This document shows positions 35,578 through 45,374 of a stretch of DNA of 64,000 nucleotides, piece by piece. The translations under genes and the position numbers were made by a program. Positions within the stretch are counted from its first letter, which is position 1; the number at the start of each line of letters is the position of its first letter. Origin of the DNA: Patescibacteria group bacterium (lineage in GTDB: Bacteria; Patescibacteriota; Patescibacteriia; Veblenbacterales; UBA10138); NCBI GenBank assembly GCA_041645215.1, contig JBAZQK010000008.1, positions 1,744 to 65,743 on the forward strand. The letters run 5' to 3'. The notes below the pieces were generated by a model, which worked only from the letters and a program-made list of their open reading frames with translations, searched no databases and was not told where the DNA came from.

Positions 35578-37053
35578 ATGGCCACTTTTGAAGATTTAAA
35601 GGTTTTAGTGCGAACCAATAATCCCGAGGCCGACCTGGGACTGCTGGAGCGCGCCTTTGAGTTCGCGGACAAAGCCCACGCCGGCCAAAAACGGCTGGAC
35701 GGCAGCGATTATATTACTCACCCCTTAGAAACGGCTTACACTTTGGCGCACATGAATTTGGATTTGGACACCATTGTCGCGGGCCTGCTTCACGATGTGC
35801 CCGAAGACACGGCGGTTTCAATTGCGGAAATTGAAAAGAATTTTGGCAGCGATGTGACTAAACTGGTTAAAGGCATTACCAAACTGGGCAAGCTCAAATA
35901 TCGCGGCCTGGAACGCTACGCGGAAAATTTGCGTAAAATGTTTATTGCCATGGCCGAGGATGTGCGGGTTATTTTAATCAAGCTGGCCGACCGACTGCAT
36001 AATCTTGCTACTTTGTCAGTCCTGCCCCCAATTAAGCAGCAGCGCATTGCGCGCGAGACTTTGGAAATTTACGCGCCGATTGCTAACCGACTGGGTATTG
36101 GTGAGTTGCGCGGCCAGCTGGAGGATATGGCTTTTAAATATGTCTACCCGGAGGAATACGACTGGGTCGTTAAACTGGCTAAAACCCGCTTAGAGGATCA
36201 ATTAGCTTACATTAATAATCAAATTAAACAGGTTAAAAAATTATTAACCGACAACAACATTGAAATCGTTCAAATTCACGGCCGCGTTAAGCACTATTAC
36301 ACCTTATACCGCAAACTTTTACGTAAAGATATGGACATTAGCAAGGTTTATGATCTGGTGGCTTTAAGAATAATTCTTAAAAATGTGGCTGATTGTTACC
36401 AGGTCTTAGGTTTGTTGCACAGCCAATGGAAGCCATTGCCGGGCCGAATTAAAGATTACATTGCCCAGCCTAAACCTAATAGTTATCGTTCTCTTCACAC
36501 CACCGTGTTTGGCGACGACGGCCACATTATTGAATTCCAAATTCGTGATCAGGAAATGCACGAGCACGCCGAATATGGCATTGCCGCCCACTGGCACTAC
36601 AAAGAAGGCGGCAAGCGCAATGTTACCCTGCCGCCGGAACAATTAAAATGGATTAAAGAATTGTTGGATTGGCAAAAGGAAATATCCGACAACGAGCAGT
36701 ATTTGCAAGCTTTAAAAATAGATATTTTTCAAAATCGCATTTTTGTATTCACCCCCAAGGGCGATGTGATTGACCTGCCGGAAGATGCCACGCCGGTTGA
36801 TTTTGCTTATTTTATTCATACTGACATTGGTAATAAGTGCAGTGGCGCTCGCGTTAACGAAAAAATCGCCGCCCTTGACACCAAACTTAAAAGCGGCGAT
36901 TTGGTGGAAATAATAGTGGACAAAAATCGCGGTGGTCCCAGTGAAGATTGGCTAAAGTTTGTTAAAACTAATCTGGCTAAAAGTCATATTAAAAACTATT
37001 TAAAACGCAAACGCGGTAGTTTGCTAAGTTTTTTCAACCGCCGGGGAAAATAA
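35578..37053 (+). CDS. rel: RelA/SpoT homolog (HD-SYNTH-TGS, no ACT domain)
   Basis: HAGQKR, LHDVPED, KLADRLHN, KDYIAQPK.NSYRSLHT, EFQIR, AEYGIAAHW.YK, TGS. Confidence 0.94.
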   Translation: MATFEDLKVLVRTNNPEADLGLLERAFEFADKAHAGQKRLDGSDYITHPLETAYTLAHMNLDLDTIVAGLLHDVPEDTAVSIAEIEKNFGSDVTKLVKGITKLGKLKYRGLERYAENLRKMFIAMAEDVRVILIKLADRLHNLATLSVLPPIKQQRIARETLEIYAPIANRLGIGELRGQLEDMAFKYVYPEEYDWVVKLAKTRLEDQLAYINNQIKQVKKLLTDNNIEIVQIHGRVKHYYTLYRKLLRKDMDISKVYDLVALRIILKNVADCYQVLGLLHSQWKPLPGRIKDYIAQPKPNSYRSLHTTVFGDDGHIIEFQIRDQEMHEHAEYGIAAHWHYKEGGKRNVTLPPEQLKWIKELLDWQKEISDNEQYLQALKIDIFQNRIFVFTPKGDVIDLPEDATPVDFAYFIHTDIGNKCSGARVNEKIAALDTKLKSGDLVEIIVDKNRGGPSEDWLKFVKTNLAKSHIKNYLKRKRGSLLSFFNRRGK

Positions 37054-37056
37054 TAA

Positions 37057-37162
37057 AAATCCTAAATCCTAATATCTAAATCTTAAATAATACCCAAAAA
37101 TAAATCCCAATATTTTGGAGATTGGAATTTATTTAGAATTTAGGACTTAAGTTTTAGGATTT
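37057..37162. repeat. Heptamer-repeat imperfect palindrome between convergent rel and parB
   Basis: AAATCCT/AATATCT units mirrored by TTAGAAT/TTAGGAT units. Confidence 0.6.
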
Positions 37163-37170
37163 GAATTTTA

Positions 37171-37212
37171 CCCCGTTAGAAGCAGAATGCCCCGTGTGAG
37201 CTTCTAACGGGG
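37171..37212. mobile_element. CCCCGTTAGAA-family IR element (42 bp) at the parB stop codon
   Basis: TTTA duplication; looks like an internal deletion of the 52052 copy. Confidence 0.85.
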
Positions 37213-37213
37213 T

Positions 37214-38104
37214 TTACTTTTTACCTGATATCTTACCAACCAGTTCCGCCAAATCGCCGCTGGAATAAAATTCAATCTCAATCTTGCCTTTTTGGTTGCC
37301 GATAATTCTAACCTTGGTCCCCAAAGTTCTTTGCAAATCAGCTTCCAGCTGGCGGAACTGCCAATTGACACCCGGCGCGCCCGCTCGCGCCCGGCCCTTA
37401 ATTTGGGCGGCCTTGGCCTCGGCCAGCCGCACCGGCAAACCCTCGGCCGTAATCAAACGGAAAAATTTTTCCTGCTCTTGGGGTGTTTCCAAACTCAATA
37501 TTACTTTGGCATGACCAAAGGTTAGTTTGCCGTCCCACAAAGCTTGCTTAATACTCTCGGGCAATTCTAACAAACGCAGAGTATTGGCTATTTGTGGCCG
37601 TGACTTGCCGACCTGTTTGGCAATTTGGTCCTGGGTTAAATTAAATTCATCGCGCAACCGGCGGTAGCCTTCGGCCTCTTCCAATGGGTTTAAATCCTGG
37701 CGCTGAATATTCTCCACCAAGGCAATCTCCAATTTTTGCTGTTCATCAAACGGGCGCACTATTACCGGCACGGTCGCCAAGCCGGCGGTTAGCGCCGCGC
37801 GCCAACGCCGTTCGCCTACGATTAAATCATAATTGCCGTCCGCCCGCTCACTTACCACCAACGGCTGTAAAATTCCATGTTCCTTAATGGAGGCCGCAAG
37901 CTCTACTAAACTGGCCTGGTCAAATTTATGGCGCGGCTGTTGGGGGTTGGCTTTTATCGCCTGGGGTGAAATCTGCCTGACGCCGCCATCAGCCACAATT
38001 TTAGTTTTGTCAGCCGCTGGCCCCGCACCCCAGTAATTATCCTTGGCTGGTTGGGACGGTATTAACGAACCCAAGCCCCGCCCGAGTTGAAAAGGTTTTA
38101 CCAT
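37214..38104 (-). CDS. parB: ParB/Spo0J partition protein
   Basis: LGRGL.SLI, NPQQPR, GERRWRA, ENIQRQDLNPLEEA, HTH. Confidence 0.95.
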   Translation of the reverse strand: MVKPFQLGRGLGSLIPSQPAKDNYWGAGPAADKTKIVADGGVRQISPQAIKANPQQPRHKFDQASLVELAASIKEHGILQPLVVSERADGNYDLIVGERRWRAALTAGLATVPVIVRPFDEQQKLEIALVENIQRQDLNPLEEAEGYRRLRDEFNLTQDQIAKQVGKSRPQIANTLRLLELPESIKQALWDGKLTFGHAKVILSLETPQEQEKFFRLITAEGLPVRLAEAKAAQIKGRARAGAPGVNWQFRQLEADLQRTLGTKVRIIGNQKGKIEIEFYSSGDLAELVGKISGKK

Positions 38105-38117
38105 AAATTAATTTTTA

Positions 38118-38218
38118 TCCCGTTACATTTTAAAAACCCCGCGGTCTTGCCACGGGGATACCGCAGCAAATTCAGATCATTTCCGCGGGGTCTAATACCC
38201 CGTGGAAATGTAACGGGA
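38118..38218. mobile_element. IR element variant (101 bp), TCCCGTTACATTT ends
   Basis: TCCCGTTACATTT...AAATGTAACGGGA with TTTA duplication; two internal hairpins; overlaps the parA 3' end. Confidence 0.8.
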
Positions 38219-38986
38219 TTTATTTTCTAAATAGCTTATTAATTCCCGGGCAAAGGCTTGATAAGCCTCGGCGCCGCGCGAGCCATGGTCATAAAGCATA
38301 ATCGGCTGGCCGTAACTGGGGGCTTCGGCCAGGCGGACATTGCGCGGTATCATAGTTTGAAAAACTTTATTGGGAAAATGCTGCTTTAGCTCGTTAACCA
38401 CCGCCTTGGCCAAGCGGTTGCGCGGATCGTACATTGTAACCAACGCCCCCAAAATACCCAAACTGGGTTTTAGATGGTTTTGAATCAGGTTAATCGTGTT
38501 AATCAGCTGACCTAACCCCTCCAGCGCGTAGTACTCGGCCTGAATCGGGATTAGCACCTGATCAGCCGCCGTCAAACCATTAATAGTCAAAAGCCCTAAG
38601 CTAGGCGGACAATCTATTAATATAATATCATACTGGTCGGATAATTTTTCCAAGGCTTGCGACAGCCGATATTCTCTGGCTTCCAGCCCCACTAATTCAA
38701 TTGCCGCGCCGGCCAAATCCGAATGCGCCGGCAAAATGTGTAGCCGCTCCAAATTAGTCGGGCGGACAATGTCGGTTACCCGCGTTGGCTCCAATAACAC
38801 CTGGTAAATATGGTTTTCACCCGTTGCCACGCGCACGCCCACGCCGGCCGAGGCGTTGCCTTGCGGGTCCATATCAACAAGCAACACGCGCTTGCCAGCC
38901 GCGCTTAAATAAGCCGCCAAATTCACGGCGGTGGTAGTTTTACCCACCCCGCCTTTTTGATTTACTAAAGCAATGGTTAAAGCCAT
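38192..38986 (-). CDS. parA: ParA/Soj ATPase
   Basis: NQKGGVGKTTT, DMDPQGNAS, DCPPSLG, IPRNVRLAEAPSYG. Confidence 0.96.
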   Translation of the reverse strand: MALTIALVNQKGGVGKTTTAVNLAAYLSAAGKRVLLVDMDPQGNASAGVGVRVATGENHIYQVLLEPTRVTDIVRPTNLERLHILPAHSDLAGAAIELVGLEAREYRLSQALEKLSDQYDIILIDCPPSLGLLTINGLTAADQVLIPIQAEYYALEGLGQLINTINLIQNHLKPSLGILGALVTMYDPRNRLAKAVVNELKQHFPNKVFQTMIPRNVRLAEAPSYGQPIMLYDHGSRGAEAYQAFARELISYLENKSRYISTGY

Positions 38987-39194
38987 AAGACTTAGTTAAT
39001 TATACTGGTCAACTTGAGGTTTGACAATTAAAAAACAAACAACTTTACCTATTTTTGGATTGATTGACAACAGGAATGCCGCTTTTACCAGTTTAAAAAT
39101 ATTTCACATTAACAAATCCATAATTTATCTACAATATTAAATATAACCCCATTATAATAAATGGGGTTATTTTACAACTAAAACCATATCATTT

Positions 39195-39767
39195 TCAAGC
39201 AGGAACTTTTTCTTTTGCCACATCTTTTTCATATCTGCCGATATCACTAGTTGGTACGAGTACAGCCTCCGGAGCTAGGCTGAATTCTTTTAAATATGAG
39301 TCGTACTCATAGTCTCCAATAGAAATCAAACGACCGTTTTTATCACTTTTCAATTCAACGAAGTGTTCACCTGTTTTATACTTCATTCTTTTATTATCAA
39401 CAAAAACAGCAAATAGGGTATTGGGAGGAATATTATTCGTTGTAAAAGTTTGTAAAGGAGAGAACCGTACGTTAGGCTTAAAACAACCAGCCAAGGCTGT
39501 AGCCTTAAGGCATAGAGCGGTGCCAATTTTTAAACCTAACTCGAGCAGGAAATCTTTGTCTGGATGATCTTCCCCTAAAACAGGTAGTTCTATTAATTCC
39601 ACGGGGTGGAATTTCTTTCTCGTAGGCACCCCGCTATACAAAACTCGGAAGGCCATTGATTTGCCTGGCTCTACTTCTTCCGGTTCATTTTTACCTTCCA
39701 GATACACTACAACTGTAGCACCTACTGGCACCTCTTGTTCGGTTAAAAACAATTTGTTCTCGGCCAT
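39195..39767 (-). CDS. Hypothetical protein
   Basis: 190-aa ORF with AAGGAGG SD. Confidence 0.65.
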   Translation of the reverse strand: MAENKLFLTEQEVPVGATVVVYLEGKNEPEEVEPGKSMAFRVLYSGVPTRKKFHPVELIELPVLGEDHPDKDFLLELGLKIGTALCLKATALAGCFKPNVRFSPLQTFTTNNIPPNTLFAVFVDNKRMKYKTGEHFVELKSDKNGRLISIGDYEYDSYLKEFSLAPEAVLVPTSDIGRYEKDVAKEKVPA

Positions 39768-39974
39768 AATGACCTCCTTTTTGATAGTTTATTTGATAGT
39801 GGATTGTTAATTAGCAATTTTGATATTTATAGACTACATAAAATATGTATCTTACAACCCTATAAGAAACACTAAGAAAAGTCAATACCTCTCTTCAGTT
39901 GGTGGTTATTTGGTTGGTTTTGACATTTTTGGTTAACTTTACTATATTGTGTAGGCCAATTTGATATAACTTAC

Positions 39975-40059
39975 GGGCATGTGGCGGAACTGGTATACGC
40001 ATACGACTCAAAATCGTACGGAGAAATCCATGAGGGTTCGACTCCCTCCTTGCCCACCA
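39975..40059 (+). tRNA. tRNA-Leu(CAA)
   Basis: Cloverleaf, anticodon loop CTCAAAA, long variable arm, GTTCGA, CCA. Confidence 0.95.
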
Positions 40060-40171
40060 CGCTAAGCGTGGTTATGGTTGCGCTTAGCGCGACACCAAAA
40101 AATAGTTAATAGTCAATGGACTATTGTCAGGACTCATTTAATAGGGTATCTTTAAGCAGTTAGTTTTACGA

Positions 40172-40246
40172 CGCGGGGTGGAGAAGTGGCATCTCGCCTG
40201 GCTCATAACCAGGAGATCGTGGGTTCAAGTCCCACCCCCGCAACCA
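40172..40246 (+). tRNA. tRNA-Met(CAT), initiator type
   Basis: CGCGGGG acceptor with C1:A72 mismatch, CTCATAA loop, CCA. Confidence 0.92.
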
Positions 40247-40371
40247 ATTAACATTTAGTTCTGCATTAGGGACTTGAAGGCGACTGTACTGTTCCGCCGG
40301 TGGCGGAACGCAGACAGCGCCCGGCTGCGGAGGAAAACCGAGCCGACTGGCGGCGAGGTTTGGGGGAGCAG

Positions 40372-40391
40372 AAGTCCCACCCCCGCAACCA
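40372..40391 (+). repeat. 20-bp duplicate of the tRNA-fMet 3' end (att-like)
   Basis: AAGTCCCACCCCCGCAACCA identical to 40227-40246. Confidence 0.85.
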
Positions 40392-40521
40392 TGAACCAGT
40401 CGCTCATTACATTCGCTCCGATTCATGGCTAGCCAAGCACCACTTTTCACTATGGCCCAATAAGGGCCATTTGTTATAAAATACTGTTACAGGCTATCAG
40501 CTATTTGCTATTAGCTAATAA

Positions 40522-40598
40522 GGCAGGGTAGCTCAGTTGGTTAGAGCGAGGGACTCATAAGCCCTAGGTCGTGGGTTCGATCCCCACCCCTGCTACCA
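40522..40598 (+). tRNA. tRNA with CAT anticodon (elongator Met or Ile2)
   Basis: Cloverleaf GGCAGGG...CCCTGCTACCA, loop CTCATAA. Confidence 0.9.
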
Positions 40599-40717
40599 AT
40601 ATTAAACTAAACAGGCCTTTGCCTGTTTTTTAGTTTATTATCACTTAATTACTTTTTAACCCCAATGTGCTAAAATATATATATCTTAAATATTTTTTAA
40701 AGGAAGGGGGTGACAAT

Positions 40718-40972
40718 ATGACACAAGGCAGTAAATTACATATGGTTACCTATGTATTATTGATGATTGGTGGCCTTAACTGGCTGTTAGTCGGTTTGTT
40801 CGGTTGGGATATTGGCGCATTATTTGGCGGTACGGGTGCCTATATTTCACGCATTATCTACATTCTCGTCGGTCTGTCAGCGCTGTATGAGATGTTTAAC
40901 CACAAACACATTTGCAAGGAATGTGAGGGTATGGCCAAAAGTGGCCCAACTGCTCCCACCATGTCGGTTTAA
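40718..40972 (+). CDS. DUF378-family membrane protein
   Basis: IGGLNWLLVGLF..D, SRIIYILVGLSALY; SD before ATG 40718. Confidence 0.85.
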   Translation: MTQGSKLHMVTYVLLMIGGLNWLLVGLFGWDIGALFGGTGAYISRIIYILVGLSALYEMFNHKHICKECEGMAKSGPTAPTMSV

Positions 40973-40982
40973 TAGCCCTAAT

Positions 40983-41014
40983 AAAAAACCTTCCGCTCAC
41001 ACGGAAGGTTTTTT
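40983..41014. terminator. Bidirectional intrinsic terminator
   Basis: AAAAAACCTTCCG...CGGAAGGTTTTTT. Confidence 0.7.
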
Positions 41015-41372
41015 ATCCGTTTCCGCCCCGCCGCGGCGGGACTACGGAGGACGGACGCTTAACTCCACCGCCGATGTACAAAAGGCTGGTGTGCGGGTAA
41101 GAAGAATTATTTTTTTATCTGCGCCGCGGCAACCGAAGGCTAACAATAAGAAACCCGCGACGATAAATATTGCAATTAGCGATTTGCGCATATTGTTAAT
41201 TATTTAGTTATTTAAGAATAAAATTTAAATTTACATTGCCGCTACCATAATCGGCACCAATTTCAGCATAAGACAGCCACTGGCAAATTAACAACTACCT
41301 TACCCAAAAATTTGAATCTAAATGCTTTATCAGGTAAAATTAAGTTAGTTTCATCAATTAATTGATATCTAT

Positions 41373-41831
41373 ATGTATTTAACAGTTCACAGCGCCTCAG
41401 CTTTAGTGATTGCTAAATTCATTCCCCATCCATTAGTGGCTTTACTAGCAGGTCTTGTCAGCCACTTCGTGCTGGATGCGATACCGCACGGCGATGAACA
41501 TTTAATGCGCGATCACTTCCCTAGCTGGCGCAATCTGCGTCGCCCAGTTGGCGCCGCCATGCTTGATGGTATAGTCATGCTCTTTTTACTGCTGATTTAC
41601 ATTGCCACCACGCCGCTCCCTTCTTATACTACTTTAATTTTAGCAGTGGTCGGCGCTTTGCTGCCTGATCTGCTGCAGGCAATTTATATTGTTTTCAAAC
41701 TCCGCTGGCTGAAATGGTTTTACTTAATTAATCTAAAAATACATAATTTTTCCGGGCACAAAATCCATTGGACTCAAGGCTTGCTGGTGCAAGGCATGGT
41801 TTTAGCCGCCCTGTGGCTAATGGTAATGTGA
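41373..41831 (+). CDS. Membrane-bound metal-dependent hydrolase-like protein
   Basis: M.LTVH, SHFVLDAIPH.D, GALLPD, H motifs. Confidence 0.7.
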   Translation: MYLTVHSASALVIAKFIPHPLVALLAGLVSHFVLDAIPHGDEHLMRDHFPSWRNLRRPVGAAMLDGIVMLFLLLIYIATTPLPSYTTLILAVVGALLPDLLQAIYIVFKLRWLKWFYLINLKIHNFSGHKIHWTQGLLVQGMVLAALWLMVM

Positions 41832-42101
41832 AGCTTGTTCCGAGCCCTACGTTTTTGTCACTGCGAGTCCCGTGAGGCGGCGGCTAAAAAACCAAGCTGA
41901 ACCTTAAAGAAATTACCGAAGTCACCCCAGAAGAATTAAACGCTTTACCGAGCGCGTCGCCGATCAACGAGGGCAAATTATCGGTTAATTTGGACCAAAA
42001 AGTAAACTAACCGCCAGTTTAATCAGTGAATTTAACCGGTTCCGCTACGGCGGCGCCGGTTTTAAATTTGTTGATAACTCGTCTGTGCTATAATAAAAAA
42101 T

Positions 42102-43013
42102 ATGTTGTTAAAGGAATCATCACTTTTTTTATTGACACTATTGTTAAGCGCCTTTATCCCTTTGTCAGCTGGCGCCGTCAGCAAAAAATCTAACTATCAA
42201 GATTTTACCGCCTGGTATCAAAAAAATTTGCGCGTTAAAACCGTACCCTGGCAAGCCGCTGTCTTGCTGGACGCTCAAACTTTAGAGCCGCTCTACTTTT
42301 ACCAAGAGAACACGGTTATACCCACCGCCAGCCTGATAAAACTCATTACCGCCGGCGCGGCGCTGGAATACAAGCCGGACTGGCATCAGCGGATTGATTT
42401 TACGCCGGCCGAGAACGGCGAATTATTAACGCAATATTTAGATCCGGCCGACAAATTTTCGCGCCTGATTTTGGAACCGGGCGAAACTATGAGTCTGGAG
42501 CAGGGTTTTGCCACTATGCTTATGTCATCGGCTAATAACGCGGCGGTGGCTCTGCCACGCTGGGTCGGCGCCACGCGCGCTGAATTTATTCAACAAATGC
42601 GCGCCACCGCCGTCAAATGGGGGCTAACCAACACGACAATTGACGAACCAAGCGGCTTATCTCTGAAAAACACCAGCACGGCTTATGATATGGCCCGGGC
42701 CGCCTGCCAAGCCTTTAGCCAGTTTATGATAACGCATTATAGTTCCAAACCAAGCTACAACTACGTCTTGTCATCGGGGCGCGAAAAAATAATTAAACAC
42801 ACCGCGCACGACTTGCGCCGTTATCCGCAAAATTACTGGGGCGTCAAAACCGGCTATTTGGATGAAACCAAATTCCATATTGTTAGCGGCTTATACACGC
42901 CCAGCGGCCGCAAAGTTTGCGGCGCCGTATTATCAGTCGCGCGCCAGACTGATTCCGAACAGGCGCTGACCAAACTGGCTCACTGGGCCGACTTAATGTA
43001 CCGCTGGAAATAA
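42102..43013 (+). CDS. D-Ala-D-Ala carboxypeptidase (peptidase S11)
   Basis: Signal peptide, ASLIK (SxxK), SAN (SxN), KTG. Confidence 0.88.
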   Translation: MLLKESSLFLLTLLLSAFIPLSAGAVSKKSNYQDFTAWYQKNLRVKTVPWQAAVLLDAQTLEPLYFYQENTVIPTASLIKLITAGAALEYKPDWHQRIDFTPAENGELLTQYLDPADKFSRLILEPGETMSLEQGFATMLMSSANNAAVALPRWVGATRAEFIQQMRATAVKWGLTNTTIDEPSGLSLKNTSTAYDMARAACQAFSQFMITHYSSKPSYNYVLSSGREKIIKHTAHDLRRYPQNYWGVKTGYLDETKFHIVSGLYTPSGRKVCGAVLSVARQTDSEQALTKLAHWADLMYRWK

Positions 43014-43085
43014 ATATACCATTCAACTATTTTTAGAAATATAAAAATGGGTTCTTGATTAGAACCCATTTGGTAATTAATCTAT

Positions 43086-44372
43086 TTATTTTACTTTCAA
43101 GGCAATGTCGCTGCGGAATTTTTTCCCGCCAACAAAATCAATTTTATCAACCGCCGCGTAGGCTTCAGCGCGGGCATCAGCCATATTATCGCCTAATCCA
43201 ACCACAGTCACAACCCGACCGCCGCTGGTAAGTAAATTAACACAATCGGCTTTTACACCAGCATAAAATAATTCAACCTCCGAAATACTGCCAGCCTCAG
43301 CCAAACCGCTAATAATATTACCAGTTTGAGGTTTTTGCGGATATCCTGGCGAAGCCAGCACTACCCCAACCGCACAACCATCTTGCCATTTTATGGTACC
43401 GGCAAATTCTTTTTGTCCGGGTTCAATGGTCCATTGAATTAATTCCAGCAAACTGCTCGCCAGCAAAGGCAAAATTACTTCCGTTTCCGGGTCGCCGAAC
43501 CGGCAATTGATTTCCAATACTTTCGGGCCATCGTCTGTTAACATCAGACCGAAATACAGTAAACCGCGATATTCAACATTATTATTTTGTAACCCCAGCA
43601 GAGTTGGATAAACAATTCCATTCATGATGGTTCCAACCAGCTCATCATCCAGATTGGTCGGCGCATAAGCACCCATACCGCCGGTCATTGAGCCTTCATC
43701 ATCGGCAAACTCGTGTTTATAATCTTTAGCCTGAAGCAGCGGTATGGCATATTTGCCATTAGTCAAAACCATAAAACTGCACTCGGTGCCAAATAATCTC
43801 TCTTCAATGATTATTCTTTCACCGGCCTGGCCGTAAATACCTTTTTCCAACGCATCAGAAGCGGCCAAGATCGCTTCCAATTTTTTAGCGCAAACTATAA
43901 CACCCTTGCCGGCACATAAACCATCGGCTTTAATAACCAAAGACGCCGTTTTGTTGTTCGTATAACCATTGATATACTTAAAAGCTTCATAAAGAGTCTT
44001 GGGCACAAAATAGCCGGCCGTGGGTACACCAGCCTTAACCAACAATTCCTTACAGCTGATTTTGCTGCCTTCGGTAACTTTAGCCGCCGCCATATTTGGT
44101 CCAAAGATTGGTAGGTTAACCGATTGAAAAAGATCAACTATGCCGTTAACCAATGGAGCTTCCGGACCCACTACAACTAAGTCGATGCTTTCATCATTAG
44201 CAATGGATAAGTATGAAACATTTGTTTCATCGGCTGGCTTGAGACAGCGAAATTTTTTAGCTATACCGGCGTTGCCGGGACTTACGATAACTTCTGTTAC
44301 GCCCGGGTCTTGGTTGAGTTTGTCAGCCAGTACGTGCTCACGCGCCCCGGAACCGATTACCATTATTTTCAT
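43086..44372 (-). CDS. purD: Phosphoribosylamine-glycine ligase
   Basis: GSGAREH, VGPEAPL, KADGLCAGKGV, TGGMGAY, EINCRFGDPE, TSGGRV. Confidence 0.95.
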   Translation of the reverse strand: MKIMVIGSGAREHVLADKLNQDPGVTEVIVSPGNAGIAKKFRCLKPADETNVSYLSIANDESIDLVVVGPEAPLVNGIVDLFQSVNLPIFGPNMAAAKVTEGSKISCKELLVKAGVPTAGYFVPKTLYEAFKYINGYTNNKTASLVIKADGLCAGKGVIVCAKKLEAILAASDALEKGIYGQAGERIIIEERLFGTECSFMVLTNGKYAIPLLQAKDYKHEFADDEGSMTGGMGAYAPTNLDDELVGTIMNGIVYPTLLGLQNNNVEYRGLLYFGLMLTDDGPKVLEINCRFGDPETEVILPLLASSLLELIQWTIEPGQKEFAGTIKWQDGCAVGVVLASPGYPQKPQTGNIISGLAEAGSISEVELFYAGVKADCVNLLTSGGRVVTVVGLGDNMADARAEAYAAVDKIDFVGGKKFRSDIALKVK

Positions 44373-44387
44373 GTTGCACTCCCGTAT

Positions 44388-45107
44388 TTAATGATGCTGT
44401 GAATATTTTTGTTTAGCTTCTTCAATTGCTTGTTTGTACAAATCAACTTCATTATCATGAACTACGTGTCCAAGTTTTATAATCTCAATTCTCTGGCCAC
44501 AAGCCCAGCGACGTAAAATTTCCACCACCAAATCATGCTCAATTGGTAGCAGTCTGACGGCTAAGGAATCAGCCGTATCGGTTTTAAGCACCGGTAAACC
44601 ACGAACGCCTATGATTGTACCTTGGTCGTAACAATTTGTTACTAAATGCACCGTGGCTTCCGTCATAATCGGCCGTTTGATCTTATTCATAAATCTAATG
44701 GTGGCTTCATGCACGACCTTGCCATACATACCTCGTCCGCCAAAATCATTAAAGCCGTAATTCAGTATGCCCGGATGCTGATTGATAATCCTGCCGGAAA
44801 ATTTTTCTACTACATTACTTGGTGTTTTGGCTAGCCAACCAAGCTGAGCTATAACATCAACCTGGCCAGTGGTACAAATTTCAATTATAGCTTCACCAAA
44901 AACCACCTCATCACCATTAAAATCAGCTTTGGGTCTTAATACCGTAACCGGCACGCCTAAAGCTTGGGCCTTAGCTATGCCCCCAGCCGAACTATTGCTG
45001 GCAATAACATGCGCTACCTGTGAATCTGGTATGCCGCCACTTTGGCATTCCTTTATAACTCGTTCCATGGTGGAGCCACCACCCGAAATAAGAATAACAA
45101 TATTCAT
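44388..45107 (-). CDS. purN: Phosphoribosylglycinamide formyltransferase
   Basis: ILISGGGS, INQHP, GGRGMYG..VH, TVHLV...YDQG. Confidence 0.85.
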   Translation of the reverse strand: MNIVILISGGGSTMERVIKECQSGGIPDSQVAHVIASNSSAGGIAKAQALGVPVTVLRPKADFNGDEVVFGEAIIEICTTGQVDVIAQLGWLAKTPSNVVEKFSGRIINQHPGILNYGFNDFGGRGMYGKVVHEATIRFMNKIKRPIMTEATVHLVTNCYDQGTIIGVRGLPVLKTDTADSLAVRLLPIEHDLVVEILRRWACGQRIEIIKLGHVVHDNEVDLYKQAIEEAKQKYSQHH

Positions 45108-45374
45108 AACACCTCCAACTATACTATGATTTATTGTTTTTTTTGGCTAATCTTAGCCATATTTATTTTTTAATATGCGATTTTATATATCTAAAAGTAC
45201 TTTATCTTAATCAAAATACGTCAAAAAAGCAAATGGCCTTTTGTTTTAATTAATGAAGCCTCCACGGGCTTATCCAGCCTTCGTCCTCCTTAGGAGGACG
45301 AAGGCGGACAAAATCTAAAGAGCGCCTTCCTTGAAATAAGAAGGTGCCCTTCAAAACTAAGTTTATATTTAAAG

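Noticed and set aside
40166-40450. 94-aa minus-strand ORF
   Set aside because: Antisense to tRNA-fMet and its repeat.
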